A DNA stretch of 64,000 bases from Podarcis melisellensis (lineage: Eukaryota), in NCBI GenBank assembly GCA_964234715.1, contig OZ174282.1; one strand, 5' to 3'. A program made the position numbers and the translations under genes. Shown here piece after piece: positions 61,668-64,000 of the stretch; position 1 is the stretch's first letter, and each line of letters opens with the position of its first letter. The notes beneath the pieces are model-generated. The model saw only the letters and a program-made list of their open reading frames with translations. It was not told the DNA's origin and ran no database searches.

Positions 61668-62570
61668 AATAAGACTAATACTTAAGGGTAAAACTGCTGG
61701 GCCCACTTTTGTTTCTGGCTCCACTTGCCATTGGCTTGTGGTCCCTTGTAGGTTGTCCAGAAGGGAAAGTGGCCCTCAGACTGAAAAAGATTACTCACTG
61801 ATGTAGGTAGGAGCAATTGTATTGCTATTGGCTGCCTGGACCCACTGCCTGGGTGTAAATACTGTGTATACACTGGGGAATAGGAGTTGGGAAAATGCTT
61901 AGATGTCCCATTGCCAAAGGGGGGGGGGGACCATAGCTAGGGCCTGATTGCTTTGTGCCAAAATGAGGTGGTGCAAGAACTGGGCTATATCTTTTATTAT
62001 TAATAACTCCATGTTTAATATTTATTTTCTGGCAGTATATTGATGATGGAACTTCTGGAAGAATCTCATTGTAACATAGTGTTAATTAGTATTTAGAATT
62101 TTAGCTTGCCCTTTCCAAAATATTCAGGAAAAGTATTCCATCAGTATTGCACTACGTTAAAATTGTTTTGGAAGAGTGCTTCTTGGAAACTATTTCACTT
62201 AACAAGTTTCAGATTCCAGAGATTCTCCAGAATGCTTTACATCTGCAAGCTGTTAGCATTAAAATAACTCCCTCCCTTGTGTCATCCTGGGATACAAAAG
62301 TGCTGCTGTTCTTAAAACTACTGATGTAATTGTTTATGGGTAAAGGATATTTTGTCATGATGAAAAATAATGTGTTACGTTTGTGGGTTGTTGGGTGCCG
62401 TGTTTGTCACCTGTTCCTTTGCCTTCCCTACCAAAACATTCGTAGTAGTATTCTCTTCAGTTATCCAGATATACTAGAGATGGCAGTAATTAAATTTGGA
62501 ATGAGGAAACACACTAAATCCAGATTTTGCATTGTTTTGCTTTTTGCCATGTGTCCCAGCACCACCCATG

Positions 62571-62730
62571 TAGGAACATAGGAAACAGCCTTGTACTATA
62601 TCAAACCACTGGATCCATTTGACTGGAAGCCAGTATTTCAGGCAGGGGTCTCTGAACCATACCTGGTGGTTTTGGGGATTGAACCTGGGACCTTCACCAA
62701 GCAAATGCTCTAGCACTGAGCTATGGCCCT
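62571..62730 (-). mobile_element. Short tRNA-derived SINE (Squam3-like)
   Basis: Antisense B-box gggattgaacc, antisense A-box cactgagcta, tail taggaacatagga. Confidence 0.75.
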
Positions 62731-63146
62731 TTTTTCATATTAAATTTTGAAGTTTTGCGTCATTTTATTAGTCCAATTCTAATCTCATCCAGACAATTGG
62801 ATACACTACAGTTTGCTTTTTAATAAAAGGTTTGCTAACCAATGGCTCATTAAAGCAGCTCTGTATGGATTTAATAAACTTTGTGTTCCCTTAGGAATGT
62901 AGTAGCAGCCCATTTCCCAACATTGATTAAGAAGTACAAGGTAGTTTCTGAGAAGCAATTCGTCTCTTGGGATATCAGTAGTAATCTTCATAATGCCTTT
63001 TAATAAACATGTGAAATACTTTGGATTAAAAATAGAACATGAGGCATGGGTGGATTAGGCAGACCTGCTTTCCCAGCATGTCACTTCAAGGGGGAAAAGT
63101 TAAAATGGAATGAAGACCAGTTGCCAGTTAAGGCCACCTGCTAGAG

Positions 63147-63281
63147 CAGAGGTGGGCCACCTGTGGTTTTCCAGATGTTGAACTTCAGCTCCCATCTGCT
63201 TCAGTCAGCATGGCCAATGGCCAAGGATGATGGGTGTTGTAGTCCAACACCATCTGGAGGGCCATAGGTTGCACACCCATG
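63147..63281. mobile_element. Palindromic hAT MITE (older copy of tandem pair)
   Basis: cagaggtgggccacctgtgg..ccagatgttg ... catctggagggccataggttgcacacccatg. Confidence 0.75.
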
Positions 63282-63290
63282 GGCTAGAAT

Positions 63291-63426
63291 CAGGCATAGG
63301 CAAACTTGGCCCTCCAGATGTTTTGGGACTACAACTCCCATCATCCCTAGCTATCAGGACCAGTGGTCAGGGATGATGGGAGTTGTAGTCCCAAAACATC
63401 TGGAGGGCTGAGTTTGCCTATACCTG
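63291..63426. mobile_element. Near-perfect palindromic hAT MITE (younger copy of tandem pair)
   Basis: Arms of about 57 bp: caggcataggcaaact...catcatccct / agggatgatg...agtttgcctatacctg. Confidence 0.85.
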
Positions 63427-64000
63427 GGCTTGATGATACTCCAGAGAGATCTCCTTAATCTGGTGAAGCAGGCTACACTGTTTTGGAGCTTTTTTTTTTA
63501 AAAAAAGAGAGAGATTGCCACTGAAGTAGCAAGTTTGTTTGTTCTAATTGGAAATCTAGAAAGCATTTTCTAAAGCTTTATGCCTTCCTCCTCTTGACTC
63601 ACTTTGCTGGGGCATCTAGATTGTCCTCCTGAAATCACTTTAGTATTCAGGCACATCTGGTTTGAGCAGCTTATTCATGTTACTTGTCTGGATAGTAGTT
63701 TGGAAGTGGTTACTTGGAGCTTATGGCTTTATAGAATAGTGTGTGTCAGTGCATGCAGAGAGCACGGTTTGGACTAGATTTTCATGCCCTTTCCAGCCCT
63801 TTGGTTTTGGGAGTTGGAAATCCCTGGGTGTTCTTGGCACAGTCATAGTAATTTTCCAGTCTCTGCCCATTTCTGCTAAATTTGTCAGAGGCCTTCATGT
63901 TTCTGTAAGTCTCACTTCCCATTTCTCAGTTGCTGGCTGCTTTTTTGCTTCGGCGAAAGCTATCTTTATACATTGTGAATTTAGACAAATAAGCACATAA

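Noticed and set aside
44068-64000. Search for CLIC4 exon 2 (AGSDGESIGNCPFSQR...)
   Set aside because: Not seen by eye or in the ORF track; intron 1 extends beyond the window.

Overview
Vertebrate genomic DNA, not prokaryotic. The repeat landscape (palindromic hAT MITEs, TA-flanked Tigger-like MITEs, tRNA/CORE SINEs, L2, CR1, a Penelope terminus) suggests a squamate, probably a lacertid lizard; this is inferred from remembered repeat families. Two genes lie on the + strand. (1) A complete SRRM1 (SRm160 splicing coactivator, PWI domain plus RS/SP-rich region): CpG-island promoter, 17 constitutive coding exons from 588 to 26250 (2673 nt, 890 aa), a 42-nt cassette exon (904 aa when included), and a 3'UTR with poly(A) signals near 27100. 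(2) CLIC4: promoter and first coding exon (43993-44067), then about 20 kb of intron 1 running off the end of the window. There is a 229-N assembly gap at 7764-7992. Nearly all ORFs in the supplied track are spurious or are intron-extended exon fragments. The most interesting signals are a Penelope-derived inverted repeat with a minimal hammerhead-ribozyme core in SRRM1 intron 1, a candidate poison (AS-NMD) exon in SRRM1 intron 3, and complementary blocks and alternative splice sites around the SRRM1 cassette exon. I found no evidence for a wholly new multi-gene system.
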